64,000 nucleotides of DNA. Origin: the human T2T-CHM13v2.0 reference genome, Homo sapiens. The notes beneath the pieces were generated by a model that was not told the origin of the DNA, did not search any database, and worked only from the letters and a program-made list of their open reading frames with translations. Location: the NCBI RefSeq assembly GCF_009914755.1, contig NC_060937.1; one strand, given 5' to 3'. The position numbers were made by a program, and so were the translations under genes. Positions 59,932 through 64,000 of the stretch are shown in pieces; positions within the stretch are counted from its first letter, which is position 1, and every line of letters starts with the position of its first letter.

Positions 59932-60552
59932 TGTAATGGTAAATTTTAGGGGTCAACTTGACTGGATCATGGGATTCCCAGATAGCTGGTAAAGCACTAT
60001 TTCTGGGTGTGTCTGTAAGGGTATTTCTGGAAGAGATCAGCACTGATTCAGTAGACTGAGTAAGGAAGATCTGCCCTCACCCAGTGAGGGTAGGCACCAT
60101 CCCATTGCCTAAGGCCCAGATAGGACTAAAGGAGGAAAGGCAAATTCTTTCTCTTTGTTCCTCTCTCTCTCAAGCTCTCTCTCCTGGAGCTGGGACACCC
60201 CTCTTCTCCTGCCCTTTGACACCAGAACTCCAGTTTCTTTGGCTTTTGAACTTTACTTGCACCAGCACCCCACCCAGCCCCTCGGCCCTTCAGCCTCAGA
60301 CCGAGAATTACACCATTGGCTTCCCTAATTCTGAGACTTTCGGACATGGACTGAGCCACACTAATGTCTTCCCTGGTTCTTCAGCTTGCAGATAGCTTGT
60401 CATGAGTCTCTCATAATTCTCCTAATAAACCCCTTTCATAGATGTATGTGTACATGTATATCTATATCTCGATTTATATCTGTAATTGTATCTCTATATT
60501 GTATCTCTATATATCTCCTATTGGTTCTATCTTTCGGGAGAACCCTAATACA
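59932..60552 (+). mobile_element. MLT2B-like solo LTR
   Basis: TGTAATGGTAAATTTTAGGGGTCAACTTGACTGG...CCTATTGGTTCTATCTTTCGGGAGAACCCTAATACA. TSD TATAC/TAGAC. Confidence 0.88.
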
Positions 60553-60659
60553 TAGACAATATCGTTTAAAAGCATTTTAAAAGACAACAAATTGGCTAGT
60601 ATTTGAAAATTTGAAAAATAAAGATTAGTTAAATGAGAAATTAACTAATTAACTAATGT

Positions 60660-61100
60660 TAAATAAGAAATTGGCTCATAAGATTATCGAGGCTGAGAAA
60701 TCCCATCATCTGCAGCCAGTGAGCTGGAGACCCAGGAGACTCAATGATACAGTTCCAGTCCCACTCTAAAGGCCTGAGAACCAGGGCAGCTGATGGTATA
60801 AATTTCAGTCCAACTCTGAGTCTGAAAGGTAGGAGAACAATATGCCAGCCTAAAGACAATAATGCAGAGATAAGTGAAATCTCCCTTACCCAAATTTTTG
60901 TTTGATTTAGGCCTCCAGTGGATTGGCTGAAGCCTGCCATCCAATTTTCCCCATGGGAAAGGTAATCTGCTTCTTTTAGTCTGCTGGTTCAGATGTTAAT
61001 CATATTTAGAAACACCCTCACAGACACATCCAGAATAATGTTCAATCAAATATCTAGGCACCCCATGGCCCAGTCAATTTGACACATAAAATTATTACAC
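60660..61100 (-). mobile_element. Second, partial MLT2 LTR in the opposite orientation
   Basis: AAGAAATTGGCTCATAAGATTATCGAGGCTGAGAAATCCCA...GGCACCCCATGGCCCAGTCAATTTGACACATAAAATTA. Confidence 0.85.
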
Positions 61101-62387
61101 TAATATATTGTGAACATTTTCCATATTATTAAGTATTTATCAAAGCCATGATTTTGTTCCTTGTATAATCTTAAATTTTATACATATATTATTAATCATT
61201 TAAAAATCCCCCATTGCTTGATATGAAATTGTTATAAATTTTTACCAACAGAAAAATGTAACAAACATCTTTGTGTTCATATCTTATATCTTTGCTTCCA
61301 TATCTATCTATAGTGATATGTTGTGGAATTGTCTGTCTGCTCCTTTTTGCTTCCTTTCAGAAACTCCCCCTCCCCCACTTAGTGTGTCTCTGATGGGGCA
61401 ATTTAGCCTAATGCACCACCCCCACCCAACCAACACCACCACTGGAGTGGTAACCAGATCAAGTTAGACAGTCAGAATAACCCATTCTCATCTCTCAGGG
61501 ATGGTTCAATGATGGGCATGGGTACCACACCCAGTGACATGGAGTGCTCCCTGAGACTTTGTCGATGGAACCGTCATGGAAGACGGATTTATTACGTTGG
61601 GATTGCTGAACTGTGAGGATGTGATGTACATCCTTAGCCTTGAAGATAAAATGTTTCCATGGAATGAGGTGAACGTACAGAGAAAGGAAAAGTTAAGAGA
61701 TGCAGAGAAATACAGACTTCCCTGTAACGTTATTGATCCCTTATTCATTGTTGCCTATAGAAAATTTATTCTTGGAATTCTCAATTACTTAGACTAATAA
61801 GTCCCATTTGTGTGTAGATTATTGTGAATTGTATATCTCTCATTTTCAATTGAAGGGGACAGGTTTTTAGAAATTAGATTACTTAGACATAGATAATGAA
61901 CACTGATTAAATAATTTTATCAGATTACTTTTTAAAAACATTGTATTAATTTATATTTTTAATCAGCAGTTTATTAAAAGTAATAATAAAACAAAAATAG
62001 AAAAATAATAGAAATGATAACATAGCATTAGGAGGAAATATTTAATTAAGTACTATTATATACCAGGCACTAAACCCAGGGTTATCTTTGCCAGGGAGTA
62101 AATCATACATATGTTTGCTTTCCATTCATATATATACTCATTGTTTACTAAGGGCACATTGAAATAGACATTAATAAAACGGGCCAAGAGTCTTAAATAT
62201 AGAGAATAAATCATATACGCTGCAATTTATTGTGTATGCCTTTGTTTTTCTTTTAAACTTTTAAAATAAAAATAGCTGGCTTAGCCATTGTATGCTAAAG
62301 AAAATAAATGTACAACAAATAAAACCCAATGTTTTTGGAAAGGTAATGCTATTTGTCATAACATGTAAATCTCTGTGACCTATTACT

Positions 62388-62517
62388 ACAGAGACTACAC
62401 TTATTATTCAAGCTGGAGCAATTGTAAGAATGAAAGGGAGAGCTCTTAATAAATACACTGGGATAAGCAGTGTAAACTGAAACTGTTCTGTGCATAGTGG
62501 GACATATAGTCACTTGA
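62388..62517 (-). mobile_element. MER94/MER81-like hAT-Blackjack MITE
   Basis: Reverse complement reads GTGACTATATGTCCC...CAGTTTACACTGCTTATCCCAGTGTATTTATTAAGAGCTCTCCCTTTCATTCT. Confidence 0.65.
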
Positions 62518-63109
62518 TTTCATACAATGTCTATTTTTTACTTAAATAAAGACATGCTGTTGCATTGGCAGACATTTTGAACTCTGACCCACACAATTAT
62601 TTGTGGGTCCAGAGACTTTCATCTCTGACATGTGGCTTCTAAGGGTACACTGGGTTTTGCCTTTGGGGAGGATTTATGGATCATGCCTGGAAATGAGGCA
62701 ATCATATTCACCCACATTCTGTTGGCAAGAAATCAGTCATTTGGCCACATCTAAATACAATGGTGGCTTCAAATTGTAGTCCATTTAAATAGCCAGGAGG
62801 AAAGGGAAAATGGTTCAGTAATAGCCAGCCAGTATTTTTCCATAGCTTAAAAATAGAAAATTTTAAATAATCTTTGTATGTTTACAGAAACATGCAAAAA
62901 ATTGGATCCAGAAGAAATACAACTGTAGGTTGATATTATATTTTATCTCTCGAACATTGCTATTCTGATATTTCTAAACTAGCCCTGAAAGAGATTCAGT
63001 TAAAATATGTAAGACAGAATTTATCTCCTATTAGATTACACTGTTCAAAAATTCTGTCACATCTAATTTTTATCAGAACCCATGTGCCTAATCCCATTTT
63101 ATTTCAACA

Positions 63110-63345
63110 ACTCTATATAATATAAAGAGCACAAGATTCCTAGTCAGAAAGACCTCAGTCACAATCCTGATTGCTGTTTATTTGATGAAGGATCTTGAAG
63201 AAGCTACTTAACCTTTTTAAGCCTCAGTTTCCTGTCCTGTAAAATGGAAGCAAATGCCTATCTCAGAAGGTTGTGAGAATTAATTAAGATGAGTACTTAA
63301 CATGCCAAGTTTAATGCTTTCCCCATAACAGATGGTCAATAAGAC
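63110..63345 (+). mobile_element. MIR
   Basis: TACTTAACCTTTTTAAGCCTCAGTTTCCTGTCCTGTAAAATGG core. Confidence 0.8.
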
Positions 63346-63720
63346 TGATCCCTTTCTCCTAGAGTAGTTAACTTCTGTGGGATTAAATAATTGCTACTCC
63401 AACAACTGTCCCCTCTCTCTAATTAATAAAGCATTCAACTGGAAAGACTTCATTTTAATCTGAAGTGCAGACATTTTGTAGTTGCTAAAGTGTTTACAAA
63501 AGTTACTCTTCTTCAAATACAATTTAAAAATAATTTAGTGTAACAAATCCTATTCTCCCCACCTCTCTAATTTTGTATGATGACTTCACACATTGAGTTC
63601 ATTGTTCAAAAGATTTCTGAGATGTTATGAGTGCAGAAAGGCACAAACTAATTTTCATGCCATAATAAATTTAATTTTTTATCAAAGGAATGGAGAGATT
63701 TTTTTTTTTTTTTTTTTCAG

Positions 63721-63778
63721 AAATAACGGTGCCTTAAAAGATAGTTGAGACTAGGGAAGAATGATGTGGAAATAGAAG
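63721..63778 (+). other. Candidate 58-nt non-coding exon
   Basis: T-run + CAG acceptor ending at 63720 and AAG|GTGAGC donor at 63778/63779. Stops in all three frames. Confidence 0.35.
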
Positions 63779-64000
63779 GTGAGCTCTCAGAACCTGACAG
63801 TACACCAGCGCAAGTTCGTGCTCTAACAATTGGCGTGTGTCACAAACTAGGTGATTCTTCAGGAGACTAAAGGTTGAATATAATCCTAGCAATCTTCGTG
63901 TCTAAGTAGGCTCTTCAGCAATATCTTTGTTTTGGGGCTTTGGTAACACATAGAGTCTACTTGAGTTTTAAGGCTGCTTTTTACCAATGTCTCAAAAGAA

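Noticed and set aside
62587-62610. 8-bp stem hairpin GACCCACA...TGTGGGTC (a similar weak one lies at 18191-18236)
   Set aside because: Stems this short are expected by chance in 64 kb; no supporting context.

Overview
AT-rich, gene-poor primate (human-like) genomic DNA, either intergenic or intronic. AluY/AluS/AluJ and L1PA/L1PB elements support the primate origin. I find no credible protein-coding exon; the ORF track is mostly decayed LINE-1 ORF1/ORF2 pieces, antisense L1, Alu and microsatellite noise. Much of the window is transposon-derived. It holds two near full-length dead L1s head-to-head (29254-35636 minus, 36309-42783 plus), an L1 nested in an L1 (2905-6010), a 5'-inverted twin-primed L1 (46698-48110), six Alus, several MaLR/ERVL/ERV1 solo LTRs, hAT and mariner MITEs with intact TSDs, and many MIR/L2 relics. 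The most unusual observation is two separate short insertions inside old repeats, each an inverted copy of DNA 1.6-2.5 kb downstream: 4690-4780 copies 6368-6458, and 11336-11453 copies 13978-14095. These look like fossil locally templated insertions. There is also a CpG-retaining, motif-rich patch near 57.0-57.4 kb and a well-formed candidate non-coding exon at 63721-63778. Subfamily names come from recalled consensus sequences and hand alignment, not from a RepeatMasker run.
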